Source: Octopus vulgaris (Eukaryota). From it: a stretch of 64,000 nt of DNA. Positions 24,401 through 39,226 of the stretch are shown piece after piece. The stretch is taken from contig OX597819.1 of assembly GCA_951406725.2 (NCBI GenBank), forward strand, positions 60,512,001 to 60,576,000, written 5' to 3'. The translations under genes and the position numbers were made by a program. The first letter of the stretch is position 1. The number at the start of each line of letters is the position of its first letter. Under the pieces are notes generated by a model. The model was not told where the DNA came from. It made no database searches and worked only from the letters and a program-made list of their open reading frames with translations.

Positions 24401-27400
24401 TTGGCTTGTTGGGTCTTCTCAAGCACAGCATATCTCCAAAGGTCCCGGTCACTAGTCATTGCCTCAGTAAGGCCCAATGTTCGAAGGTTGTGCTTCACCA
24501 CCTAATCCCAGGTTTTACTGGGTCTACCTCTTCCACAGGTTCCCTCAACTGCTAGGGTGCAACACTTTTTCACACAGCTGTCCTCATTCATTCACAGACA
24601 CAAATCAGCTGAGATCAGATTTACAGTGGGATGTGCATACAGTGTCACAATGGTGCCCCTATAACCCCATCAGAAACTGGGGTTCAAGGCTGCTAAAGTT
24701 CTCCCATATTAACCACACAGAACAAGCTAATTTTCCACTTTCTGTTTTTTTTTTTTACCTCCGCCTCGCATCTCTTTCTTAGTAGAAATTGATGGATTAA
24801 GAAATCAAACTACATGAATAAACAGCAGCAAAATCATTCAGAAATTAAATAACACTAACATATTTTTATAATATATCTATATATATAAAACTGTAGTTGT
24901 GTGAGTGTCTGTCCCCTTCGATTTAGATTCCTAACTACTCCCACATTTTGCGGTGCAGTTTAACCAAATTCGGGTATCTTATAGTCGTGATTCATATCGA
25001 GCCCATCTGGGTATTAGCGCGCGTCTACGATGAGTCTACGATTTAAAAAATAATTTAACATCATTTTTTATTCCATTTTAATGCATAATTTTTCGTGTGT
25101 CGATGGCGGCGGAGTTGGCGTCCATGGTCACACCTGCACCTGTGTTCTCCCCTTCTTCCCTCCCTCGTGAAGCTGTGGGGAAGGGAGTGTAAAGAAATCA
25201 ACGTCGTAAAGCGTTGTCAAGGAGACCAGCGTTCTTTTAGAACAACGACTTCATGGCTTGAAGACACCAAAACAGAAATGGCTAAGAAAGCCCGAATTGG
25301 CATCTATAAGGGAAGTAACTCTCTAAAAATGCTTATATAGTTATTTCCCTTACAAACCCGAGCAACGCCGGGCAATACTGCTAGTATATTATATATTATA
25401 TATACATATTAACACATTACAGTATACTTACATATATACATACATCTATACATTGATCTAAAACAACAGGAATGCTAAAAGAAGGCTGAAATTTAAGAGA
25501 AGAGAAAACCAAAAGGTCTTATTCTATTCATTTAAAAATTCCTGAGTAGAACTTATTATTATTATCTCTGCATTTGAAACTATTTTGAATGGTGAATTTG
25601 TTAACTTTGGCTTAGAAAAGGATAAACTATTTATTACTGTTACTAAATTTTCTACAGCCACCTTCACATTCCATGACTTATCATTGGGATCAATCACGTA
25701 ACAGACAAGGATTCTGGATTATTTTCCAGGGGTTTTTTAACTTGATTTTTGAGAGCGGTCGGGTTCATTTTTAGTATTCTCGTTTGTGAGAGCAGTCGAG
25801 TTTATTTCAGATATTCTCATTTTAAAAATCATATAAAATGAATTTATATTACGTACACTGTTTTCATTAGTCAGACTAATGTCTTCATTTCATTGTTGCT
25901 CTCTCTATGTTCCGGCTGTTGTACACTCCAGTCTTCTTTGGGTGTCTTGTGATCACATTAGTGCCCTACATGGGATTGAACTCAGCACCTCTAGCTGACT
26001 GCACTGCATTATTAACTAATGTCTTTATCCACTATGCTATACCTGTAGGCAGTGTCAGGATGGATTTTTAAGGCTTATAAACCTCCATTGATGTCTTATG
26101 TTAGCTCCATGTGGATTGAATAACACAACTCTGTATTTAGTTTGTATTATCCAATTGGTCCGGAGCCGACATCAATGAGGGTTTTTTTTTTGTTTTCACT
26201 AAAATTTTAATTCAAAGAAAAATGTCCTGATTTCTACTTCAGGTCCAGTATACCTCCAGAACTACAAGCTAATAAATGTTTGTTATTGAAAGCTGTGAAA
26301 GATGCTCATAAATCGTTAGCAACACAAGAAAAACGAAATGCAGGTATGTGTACATCATCTTCATCATTACCACGACCACCACCACCATCATCATCATCCT
26401 CATCATATTGAATACCATGGCTCACCATCTCAATGTTCCTTGTGCTCTTCTTACACATACACCTTATTTTAAATATGTTCACTTCTCTGTATTATCCAGT
26501 AATTCTTGTCTTTTTTCCCCTTCTTTTCCTGTTCATTATGTCTTCTGTTCATGTTTTCAGTAAACCATTACATCTATTTAAGTGTTCAAAATATTTCAGT
26601 TTTCTCTGTTACACATCTTGATGATATCATTGTTATTGTCGTCGTTTGTTAATGTCCAGTTTTCCACACTTGCATGGGTTGGACAGAATTTGTTGAAGCA
26701 GATTTTGCATGGCTGGATGTCCTTCCTGAAGCAGTTGTCTAAAAATAGACAACTGATTACATTACAGCTTTGTAGCCAAGCATGTTTATGACTCGTTAAT
26801 AGTGTCACCCCATAGCTGTTGTTCACTTTTGTTTTTAATTGAAAAAAAAAAAATTTGTTATGAACCCAGCACTTTGTCTTGTAAATCAGCAAAGCCTAAA
26901 CTCTTTGCAGTTGAAGAAATTATTGATATTTATTCTACAGATGAGGAGTTTACCCTAACGTAGGCAGTGAGAGTGATTTGAAAGGGATGAGGAGAGAAGT
27001 GATTTGGGTGAACAAATATGTTACTTGAGAGATAGGCCTATTACTGTTATTCTCCTGAATTTTATTTTCGGGATTCTGTCCATTTGTTTACCTGCTATTG
27101 TTAGTCTTAAGCTGTATATGCAACTATTTATTTATTTTTTTTGCTCAGGAGCCCAAGTGGAGAGTAAAGTTAGACACAGAGGCCCAAGTCTGAGAGGGTT
27201 AACCTCCAACTTTATGTGTCCTAGGATTCATGGCAGATTTAAGCCTGTTTGTGTTTGTGTGTGTATGGTCTTTGAAAGTTTTAGGAAAATGTTTATCTAG
27301 TGTCAAGTACGTAGTTATGGCACTCTATATTATGAATTCAGATCTCTGCAGTTAGCTTTGCCTTTTATCCTTCTCTGCTTGATAAAATAAGTAAATTGTC

Positions 27401-30040
27401 AAGTAATTCACTGTTTCTCTTCAAAAACTTTGAAACCTCATGCCTGCGTAAAAGAAATCAATATTCATTTTGGTAAAGTTTAAAACAGACTTATAACAGT
27501 AAAATTTTAGAATTATTTCTTTATTTATAAAGGTTTGCTCATTCAGGACTTCAGATTCTCAGCTAATGCTGCTATGAATCTCACTGGACTTTACCAAGCT
27601 GGTGCACTTGTAGACAAGGGTGTTTGATCCTGCTCTATAGTTGTGAGACATGGGCATTGTCTGCAGCCCTTAGGAGCTGCCTGAACTCCTTTGGCACCAG
27701 GACACTTTGCGTGATTATGAGTTACCATTGCTTGGATTTCATATTTCATATCCAACCAACGACTCTACTCAGAATCTGGGATGTGTCCTTTTACTTGTAA
27801 GATTCGGGAATGCCAGCTCAGACTATTTGGCCATGTTGCTCGAATTTGCAAGCTAGACCTTGCTTACTGAGTTCTCTTCACTAAGGATCCAGCTAGGTTG
27901 AAGGCTTGTGTTGGTCGATCACATGCCACGTGGTCATGGCAGGTGAGGAGCTATCTTGTGGAGATAGGGGGGACTAGCTGGGACTCTGCTTAACAGGTTG
28001 CTCGGGAGGACCCAGGAATATACCAGCAAATGGTGAATGTAGCAATGACACATTCCCAACACTTGCCCTGATCTGTTTACTAATTGCATTTACTTTTTGT
28101 TTTCTTAAATTATTGTCTAGACAATATTAAAAGATATTTCAGAGAACGGTGAAACTGTGTAGTGCATTACTATTCAGACTGTAGCATCTTTATCTTCATT
28201 ACCATCATCATTGACATTAGCATTGTCATTATCTTCATAATATATCTAAAATTTAAACTCTTGATTTTTTTCTCTTTAATCACAAAGAAACCATTCCCTC
28301 CTCACCTCTTGTCTCTTTTGTATTTAGAACATGCCATGATAAAACCTATGTTTCATGAAGTTCCTGAAAAGAAGTTGAAGATGTCTGAGAGAATTAAAAG
28401 CAAACAGCCACCGCTGTTTACAAGGTCCAAACTGGCTGTACAGGATTTTCCTGAATCCAACCAGTATAACTTTGGAGATGATGATGATGGTAATTATTGA
28501 GTTTACTTTATTTTTCAGCCTTTTAATACCAGCCCACTTGAGGGGGCTGGTATTAAAAGGCAAATTTGTTGTTTATAAGTGATCTAAATTTAAACCTTCT
28601 GTCAAAATTTTTTGTTCATTTATATTCCAAACATCAGATTAATGACAAAGTTGTTTTACTAAATTCTTCATAGTTTCAAAATTAATTGAAACAAAGATTG
28701 TATTGTAACAAAAGGGTTAAAATGCTCTCAGTTAAAATCTTGTGTGTGTATGTGTCTATGTATACATACATACACATGTGTTAATGGGTTTTCCTTGTAA
28801 GATGAGTTTGTATTTCCCATTATTTTTTCATTTCACCTGTGTACACTGTTTGCATAGAGAAATGGATTGCATTTCATACAGGTGATCTTGCAGTGAAACC
28901 ATATCTGGGTTTATTACTGTAACTTGAAATGCAATATGATCTTTGTAAACAAAAGACACATGTATTCATTGTTTCCTCTTCTTTGTGTAACTATGCTACG
29001 TCCAGCGTATTTGTTGATTGTTATCAAGACCTGTGGAATGAGTAATCACTGACTTGAAGAATAGGAAGAGTATCCAGCTGTAAGATATACACACAATAAG
29101 TTTTCATCTAATTCATGCTTAGCATGAAAAAGCAGACCTAAAACATATATATATATATACATATATAATTATATATATTAGTTTTGAGCCCCATGCCGGT
29201 AGCATGTAAAAAGCACCATCCGATTGTGGTCGATGCCAGCTCCTCTGGCCCCTGTGCCTGTGGCACGTAAAAAGCACCCACTACACTCTTAGAGTGGTTG
29301 GCATTAGGAAGGGCATCCAGCTGTAGAAACACTACCAGATAAGATTGGGGACTGGTGCAGTCTCCTGACTTCCCAGACCCCAGTTGAACTGTTCAACTCA
29401 TGCCAGCATGGAAAACGACCGTTAAATGATGATGATGCCCGCTTACATATGTATATATGTGTATATGTATATACACACACACACACACACATACAAACAA
29501 AGTTCCTGACTTCAAGGGTATCACAAAAGGCCTGGTTGGAGACCCAAGCTTCTGAGCCCTTTTACAAGGCTTAGTAAAACTGAAGGGCCTCTGCAATAGG
29601 TGTATGAATCTGAGAGAGAAATATGTTGAGTAAAACCATAATTAACTGATGCTCCTGTATTTTCTTTTACCTGAAGCCAAACATTTTTCAGCATCCCTCA
29701 CACACACACATGTATGTATGTGTGTGTGTGTGTGTGGTGCAATGGCCCAGTGATTAGGGCAGTGGGCTCACGGTTGTAGGATCGCAGTTTCAATTCCCAG
29801 ACTGGGCGTTGTGAGTGTTTATTGAGCGAAAATACCTAAAGCTCCATAAAACTCCGGCAAGGGTGGTGGCAATCCCTGCTGTACTCTTTCACCATAACTT
29901 TCTCTCACTCTTTCTTCTGTTGGCCTGCTTACTTAGCCAGCAGGGTGGCTTCATTTGATGGCTAAAACAATGCGAAGCGCATTGTGACCAGCGATGTGCA
30001 GCAACATCTGATAGCCTGGTTGGTCATGGTGATCATGGTG

Positions 30041-30074
<34 letters not shown>

Positions 30075-33000
30075 AGCATCCAGTACACACTGTAAAGTGG
30101 TTGGTATTAGGAAGGGCATTACGAAGGGCATCCAGCTGCAGAAACCATGTCAAAACAGACAATGGAACCTGTTGTAGGTCCTGGCCCTGCTAGTTCTTGT
30201 CAAACTGTCCAACCCATGCCAGCATGGAAAACATACGTTAAATGATGGTGGTGATGATGAGTTGTAGTGCACCTGAGCACTGTACACAATTATTATTATT
30301 ATTATTATTATTATATGGCATATGTATGTTCGTAATTGTTTTTCTGGAATTTTTCTTAATATGATAACTTCTGTTCATTTTTAACTTACAGAATTGGAGG
30401 CTCGTCAAAACAAACTGAGACAAGTGGAATGTAACAAGCCTGGACAAAGGATTGCTGTGATCAAGCATTTAGAATCAGCGAAATTGAATGAAGAACTAAA
30501 TAATGAATCCATTGCAGAAATTGAGCTTGATGAAGACATCCAGTTGTGTAGTGATCTGTTAAATCTTCCTGAAGAGGATTTGGTCGAGACACCACCGCCA
30601 GCACGAATTGTGAAGAAAAACAAGTAAAAATCATATTTCCTTTCATCTGCTATAATAATACACTTGTGTTTTCCTCTGTCACAACATATGAATGAGAAAG
30701 GAAGGGGGTAATAGATGAATAAGGAAGGAAGGGGCGATGGCAAACTCGTAGTGGGAGCATTTCAACTCTGTGTGAGTATATGTGTGTGTATGTAAAAGGG
30801 GGAGATATGTGAATGTTTGTGTGTGTGTGTGTGTGTGTATATGTGGATGTGCAATGGAAGTGGGATGGTGAACATTCAACGCTGAAAAGAAAAACCAAAC
30901 AGGGTTTCAACTGTATGAGTTTATGTGTGTGCCTGTACAAGGAAAATATTTGAATGCTTGTGTGCGTGATTATTATGTCCCACTGCTCATGTGTGCGTTT
31001 GTGTGTTCCCTTGTCTTGACGTCATGTGATGATTGTAAACAAGCATCACCATCATGCAAGCAATGTTGTTCATTTCCAGTCTTTCACGAGAAGCTTGTCT
31101 GGTCAGGGGGAAATATCCCCTGGCTTGGAACAGGTGTGGATTCGCAGCAGCAAGGGCATCTGGATGTACAAAATCTGTCTCAATAAATTTCTGTCAGACC
31201 CATGCAAGCATATCTTAAGAAGGATATATTAGATACATATTTGCATCAAGATGGAATGATTACAACTGGTGTGTATTTGATCAAATGACTGCCCTATTAA
31301 AGGCTAACTTGGGAGTTAAACAACAATAGCTAAAGGATTGGAGGTTTCTATTGAGGTCATTGCCAGTGCCGCTGGACTGGCTCCTGTGCAGGTGGCACAT
31401 AAAAAGCACCATTTGAGCGTGGCTGTTGCCGGTACCACCTAACTGGCCCTCGTGCCGGTGGCACGTAAAAGCACCCACTACACTCTCAGAGTGGTTGGCG
31501 TTAGGAAGGGCATCCAGCTGTAGAAACTCTGTCAGATTAGATTGGAGTCTGGTGCAGCCATCTGGTTTGCCAGACCTCAGTCAAATGCTAGCATGGAAAG
31601 CGGATGTTAAATGACGATGGCGGCGACTATTATTATTATTATTATTAACTGTACAATGTGAAAAATTCAATTAAATTCTGTCTGTTGTGTATACAGATGC
31701 AGTTTTATAATTTCATTTATATCTCTCTTTTGGTGTTATTAGGAAAGAAACAGAAGATAAAACACAATTTATTGTAACATTAGATGGCTATGATGCATCC
31801 AAAATGAACAGCACCTCATCATTTCAGTCACCAACAGACCAGAATGAAACAACAAATTCATCTATGCAGTATCAAATGACGCAGATAAAACCTTTAGCTT
31901 TCAACATCAGTGACACAACTGATGAAGGTAAGGAGAATTCTTTCCTCTCAGGACAACTTAATCTCTTATATTCCAATAGAGTTGAGAGAAAATTACACAC
32001 CTGGTTGAGATATTTGTTACTAACAAGTTAGCGTCACTAAATGAAGTAAAACTGGAGTAAAACTGCACAAATGATTGCTTTATATGTGTGTGTGTATATG
32101 TATTTTACAGTTGCTGTTTCTTCATGCAAATATTTCTTTTAAACCCCTTCATTGTTTCTTTCAATTTTCATTTAATAGTTAGATGGATATTTGAGGTGGC
32201 AGATTCTACTTATGAGCGAGATTTAGATAATGTATCCTTAAAAAATTCCATGCTTCCTGAAATTCACATATTGCACTCTTTCTTCATTACGGCTCCTTTG
32301 CTGTTCATTTTCCTTTCTTATCCTGCATGCTGCTTTCTGTCCCCACTTTCATTCTTTTACGATGAGTTATAGTGCATCGGAAAGTAGACATAAAACGATG
32401 AAGTGTTGAAAGAAATTGAGATCAAGGAAGTCATAGAAATTTTTGTTTTGATGCCTTTAGAGCGCTGAGCTTGTTTCCTTTTAGAATGTCTTTTTAACCA
32501 ATCTACTCTTCACTTAAATTCATCCCCCACATTGTATGATGATGATGAAGATGATGATGGAAACCTTTGCTCATCAATTTGTCTGTTTCATTTTGTAGAT
32601 GAAGAAATGGATGAGAGTAAAAGTTCAGCCTTGAAAACGACGACAGAGAAATGTAAGTTCTGGCCTTCCTGTCAGAATGGCACACACTGTAAATACTATC
32701 ACCCGTCATCTCCTTGCAGGTAAGTTAGATTATCAAAGAAGAAATATACACATTTTTCTCTGTTAATAAATCATTATTTAACCTCCGATGCTTTGTATGA
32801 GTTAGGATCTTGTAAAAGTTGGTTTATCTTCCATTGTGCATATTTCACAAAAATGACTTCTAGCTTGTTTTTTTGTACTTGGTTACCTTATGTTACACCA
32901 TCTCAGTTGCAAATAAGTGTGAGTAAACATAGAGTGAACATAAAAACAGGTTAATTCTGTTGCTGCCAACTCACCTGAGAACTGGTATCAAAACTTTCCT

Positions 33001-36000
33001 TTCCTTTTCCACAAGCTTTATTATCAGTCTCCAGAATAAGACAATTGGGTGTAGTTGCTGAGTATTTGGCACTGCTCACTGTTTTGGTAACAGTATTTTT
33101 TGGCTCTGGCTGCAAACACACACATGCATGTGCAGAAATATAAACATACACAGAAAGGGAAAGAGAGAGAGAGAGAGAGAAAACAAGAGGAACATTAACC
33201 CTTTTGTTATTGTATTTATTTTGAGATGCTCTGTGTTTCTTTCAATTAATTTTAAATATAACAAAGAATTTAGTAAAATAACTTAGTTATTTAATTCAAA
33301 ACTTATGAAAACAAGACATTTGTAACACAGAGCAAGAGCCGGTTTCAGCTGGGTTAGTAACGAAAGGGTTAAAACATCTAATGTCAAATAAGTCAGAACT
33401 CTAATTGTAGAGGGAATCTGTGGAAGGGGTTGATCCAGGAAGACATGAGATAAAGTGGTGAGAATGGATCTTCAGATGCTGGGCCTCACTGAGGAAATGA
33501 TACAGGACCAGAAGTTGTGGCAATTTGCTGTACTTGAAAAGATGCGCCAAGCCAAGTAAAATTGCTGTCATTCACACATACAGGCATTTCCTTTATAGGT
33601 GTCAGTACCACATAAAATGCACTCAGTGCTGTGTAAGCATACTTGTGCTGGTGGCACATAAAAAGCACCTACCACACTATGTAAAGTGGTTGACATTAGA
33701 AAGGGCATCCAACCATAGAAACCATGCCACAACAGACAATTGGATTTTGGACAGCTCCCCAGCTGGCCAGCTTCTGTCAAACCATCCAACCCATGTCAAT
33801 GGAAAATGGTCTGTCAAATGATGATGATGATGACAATGATGACGGCAGTAATGATGACGACAGCAGCAGTGACAGCAACAAAGAAAAAAAAAAGAATTAG
33901 TTTACACTAAATAGGTGATGCCAAAATAGCTTTTCTGATAACTTTAATGCCTTTTTCTATTTTTCTTCATGAAATATGAAAAACACAGGCATGGCTGTGT
34001 GGTAAAAAGTTTTCTTCCTAATCATATGGTTTCAGGTTCAGTCCCACTAGATAGCACCTTGGGAACGTATCTTCTACTATAGCCCTAGGCTAATCAAAGC
34101 CTAGTGAGTATTTGGTAGATGGGAAATGATGTGTGTGTATATGCATGTTCACATGTATGTATCTGCATGTAAATGTGTTAGTGTCTCTTTGTTTTGACAT
34201 TATATTATAGTTGTAAATGAGTGTCACCATCATACAAGTGGTGTCCATCATTTCCAGTTTTACCTTGAAAACATGTAGGGCTTTGGGAAAATATAACCAT
34301 ACTTGTATACAAGTAAGGGTTGGCAACAGAAAGGCTATCCAGCTGTAGAAAATCTGCCTTGGCTGCCTTTCCACTTGAGCATGGAAAAGAAATATAAAAT
34401 GATGATTAATACTTATTTTATAAAGCTAGATTAAATGAAGCAGACAGATTAAATATTTAACTGTTTATCGAAAATATTTAAACTTCTGATCAAAATCTGT
34501 TCTCTTTCAGTAAATTTCCTAAATGCAAATTTGGGCAGGATTGTCTTTATATCCACCCAAAATGTAAATTTGACACCAAATGTTCGAGAACAGATTGCCC
34601 ATTCAGTCACAGTTATGCAAAACCAGCAGCACCTCCAGTAGCAGTGCAGTCTCGTAAGTTTGTTGTCTTTTTACTTTAATGAATATCAAAATAGTAAGTA
34701 ACCACCAAGATTTTACATCTTCATGAAAGGAAATGATAAATATAAGATGATAAAAATTCTGACTGATGTCTTTTAAAATATCTACAGTTACAATCATTGA
34801 AATTATCCTTATGAATACTTATAAACCTTTCTATTATAGGCACAAGGCTTGAAATTTTAGGGAAAGGGGGCTAGTCAATTACATCAACCTCAGTATTCAA
34901 CTGGTATGTATTTCATCAACCCTTAAAGGATAAAAGGATGAAATCTGACTTTGGTGAGATTTGAACTCAGAATGCAAAGATTGATGAAATGCCACTATGC
35001 ATTTTGCCTGGCATGCCAACAATTCTGCCAGGTTGCCACCTTATGAATACTTATAATGTAGGTTTGCAAACATCATCTTAGAAGTAAAATTTGATAGTAT
35101 CCTTCACTGAGTGATGTACTATATACATAGACGTCTCTCTTCAGATACTTGTCCTTACACTTGTAGGTGATCTGTTATGTTCAGAGGAAAACCTTAACCT
35201 CTTATTTAGCAGCATGATTGTCCTACTTAAAATTTCATTGAGGAAAGCCTGTTCCTAGTAATCCGAATGGATCTAGAGGGACATACCTTGGAAAAAGTAA
35301 CCAAAGTCCTCAACTGCAGAACAATTGGATGAAGACCTATGATCACTACAACTGGACTGGCAGAAGATGGCAGTGCCAGGCAGACTGGCTATGAAGGCAC
35401 GGGTAGAGCAATATCTCGGCTGATGGCATCTGTTGCAGTTTCATTGCCTGTTCTTAATCAAAACCATGTTACCAGCATTTCTTCACCAAAGAAAGAAATA
35501 CTTGAAAATGAGTGGGGAACTGCTGTTGTTGCTGGCAATGACAGACAGAAAAAATCAACAAAGCGGTATTGTTTTATGTTGCTAAAATAATAGAGTCAAA
35601 TGTCTATTGTGTAATTTTGTCTCACTAATGAACATTTTTTTGGGTTTTTTTTTTTCAATAGTTCCAGCTGTACCAGTTGCACCTCCTGCTACACGACAAC
35701 CTGCCACTCAAACACTTCAATGTAAATTTTTCCCTACTTGTAAAAATATGAATTGTCCATTTACCCATCCAAAGGTAAGCTCTGGATGTTACATCTCTTC
35801 ATTTTCTCATGTATTTAGCACCTGTTTTTTCAGTGCATGTATGATCTTAATACATTTGTACACTTTAATATTGTTAAATCATTTTTATAATTAGCTGCTC
35901 TTTCTACTGCTAGTCACCCAGTTTTGAAATGGGGGTAGAAATGGGATCATTCAGCTGGGATATCTAGCTGCTAAAATAGGAGCATTCAGATTTCCTTTCA

Positions 36001-39000
36001 AAAGTGTATCAACTAGCTATCATTTTCATCGTCATCATCATCATTTAACATCTGTCTTCCATGCTGGCATGAGTTGATTAGTGGTTACCCTAAATTTTAA
36101 CTTTATACAATAAGACAATATTGTTTGAAATGATCTTTAGAAATTACTTGATTTATCTCTTTCTTAAATGGCTCTACCCTCCTGATCTTAGTATTTATAA
36201 GGGCCTTTATATAAATAACCCTTCTAAACAAGTACCACTAAGAAACTATAAATATCAAGTAGGGAGTAACAAAAATAACTTCTTAAACCTTAGTGTTTAA
36301 AAAAAGATTAGTGTAAAATATGATTATTCTATAACTTAAATATTCCTTTAGCCGATACCAGACATCAGGACATTACTTATTGATATTAGCTAAATAAGTA
36401 AATATATAATTTTTAGTCTAATATATTTTGAATTATTATACTTTTTCTATAAATCTTCTCTATTGATGTTAATAAGCTACATATAATTTACCATAGTATT
36501 AGTAATTAAGCTATTTTATTCCTTTTCTCTGGTGTTCTGCCCTACTTAATTATTTTATTTTATTTCTTTATTATTTTATAATTAGCCTTTATTTATAAAA
36601 TTAATCCAATTTTTGTATCTCTATAAATTCATACTTAGCTTATATAAAACTATACTGGTATATTCACTACTTATAAAAAAAAATACTGCCTAGATTATAA
36701 TTTTTTTAATATATAATTACAATGTTCCTTTACCCCAATACTCCTTCATTAATACCAGTATATACCAATTAATCAATATTCACAGATACCATCTGATGAA
36801 TTAATATTTAAGTGTACAATATATATAAATATTAAACTATTTCTGGATAATTTCTTTTCCTCCTTCTATTGTGGTAAAAGTTTGGTAAATACTCAAAAGT
36901 ATTCATAAATTTTTATCCTTTTGTTATAATATCCTTCTTAATAATCCTTTGAATAGCCCTAAACATTAACTGTATACAATATAGCAACATTGTTTAAAAT
37001 ATTTAACTATAGTAATGCATAATAAAACTTCCCTTGTTTCATTATCAATGGTGTGCTAGTGGGCGACACCCTTAATTATCAGCTAACATCTTGTTTTAAG
37101 TTTTCCTTTACCAAACCTCATGATATTGCTTCTAATAAATCTTGATTTTTATGATTATACCTACTATGGTGTTTATCTGGATCCTCAGCCTTACCCCTAA
37201 CAGATACTGCCCTCTGTTCTCTCAGCCTGAAGATTGCTCTGCATTTTAAATTGATGTAATGATTGCATTGTTCAATTAAATGGAGTTGCATGAAACGATC
37301 GTACTGCATTACCTCTGGATATCCTTGTTGCTTATTTTGATTTTAATCACCTTACTTTGAAATTGTATGGATAATACCATACTAAATTCTGGTGCCTCAC
37401 TTAAGTACCATATTCATCTGAATCTATATATATATATAATCAAGGAATCTATTTTTCTCTTTTTCTTTTCCAGCCTTGTCGGTATGGTATTAGTTGTACA
37501 AATAAAACATTTTGCACCTTTTACCATCCACCATTACCAAACAAAAATCAACTACGATGGAAAGCAGAGAAATCCAGAGCTGAGTATGTTTGCAGTTTTA
37601 CTTTTCTAATCAAAGAATGACCAAAGCGTACCTGTAATTTAATGTCTCTCTCTCTCTCTCTGTAGAAGTGATAATGATGACGGTGGTAGCAGTAGTGATG
37701 GTGATAGTAGTAGTGATGGTGGTGACAGTGGTTGTAGCTGTGGTTGGGGTCTGTGGTAGTTAGTATTAATGCCAATGGTGGTGGTGTTTGCTGCTGCTGC
37801 TGGTGATGACTGATAATGGTGAGAATGGTTGTAGTGGTGGTGGTCATTATGACTGTGGCAGTGATGGTGGTAGTGGTGATAATTGTATTTATGTCAAAAA
37901 TGGTTGGATATAAAACAGCCTAAGCAAATAAGGCAATGTTATGAGATATCTAGAGTACCTTAAGTCATAAGAGTTTGTAGTTAATAGATCACATTATAAA
38001 AGTTATAGAAATACAATAATAATGTTGGGTGGTCTAGTATGCAGATTACCATATTTGATGGCATAAAAGATACACTGGCATAATAGATAAACCCCAGTTT
38101 GAGCAGTACATATTCAGGAAAAGGCATTTTTAGCACATTGAAACATGTATAGGCCCAACTTAGCATATATGAACCAGAGTGGTTTTTTTTTTTTTTTGAG
38201 ACTTTTTTTTTGTAAAAAATTTTTGTTCTACTGGCCATCAAATATGGTAAGCTTGTATTATGGCAAGGAATCACAAATGTTTCACTCTTGATGAGACAGC
38301 TCAACAAAGATTGACAAAGAAACTTAAAAGACAACTCCATTGAATCTATGGAAGGCATTTGATGAAGTCTTACATTCTGATCTCTGATAAGAAATGAGAA
38401 AGATAAATGAAGCAGGATTTGTATGGCTGGTGAGTAATGTTCCGGCTGTGTTTGGGAGAGATAATTAAGATCAGGATTAGTGTCTGTATGTGTTTAATTC
38501 TATTGATATTAACTGTCCTAAAAGCGCAGCAAGCTGTCAGAGTTGTTTGCACGCTGTGAAAAATTCTTAGTGACATTTCATCCATCAGTCCTTTCTGAGT
38601 TCAAGTTCTGTTGGGATCGACTTTGCCTTTCATCCTTTCAAGGGTGATAAAGTAAGTACCAGTTGGGCACTGGGATTGATGTAATCTACTTAGCCCCCTC
38701 CCTCAAAACTGTTGGTCTTGTGCCAAGATTTGAAACTACTTAATAAGTCTCCTCAAGCACAGCAGGTCGCCCTGTGCTTACCTTGGATCATAGGACGACC
38801 TGCTGTGCTCGAGACATATTGAGTCAAGTACATCAACATCAAATAAAAATCAAATGGAAATGGTAGTTGTGATACCTGTGCCTGGTGACACGTAAAAAGC
38901 ACCAACCAATTGTGGCCGATGCCAGCCTCCCCTGGCACCTGTGTCGGTGGCACGTAAAAATCACCCACTACACTCACGGAGTGGTTGGCGTTAGGAAGGG

Positions 39001-39141
39001 CATCCAGCTGTAGAAGCACTGCCAGATCAGACTGGAGCCTGGTGCTGCATCCTGGCTTACCAGACCCCGGTCGAACCGTCCAACCCATGCTAGCATGGAA
39101 AACGGGCATTAAATGATGATGATGTTGGGCTTAGGTGAGTT

Positions 39142-39177
<36 letters not shown>

Positions 39178-39190
39178 CATGATGATGATG

Positions 39191-39226
<36 letters not shown>

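Noticed and set aside
36080-37030. Mitochondrial insertion (NUMT) as explanation for the AT-rich block
   Set aside because: No mitochondrial protein or rRNA motif recognised by eye; left as an unexplained compositional finding.
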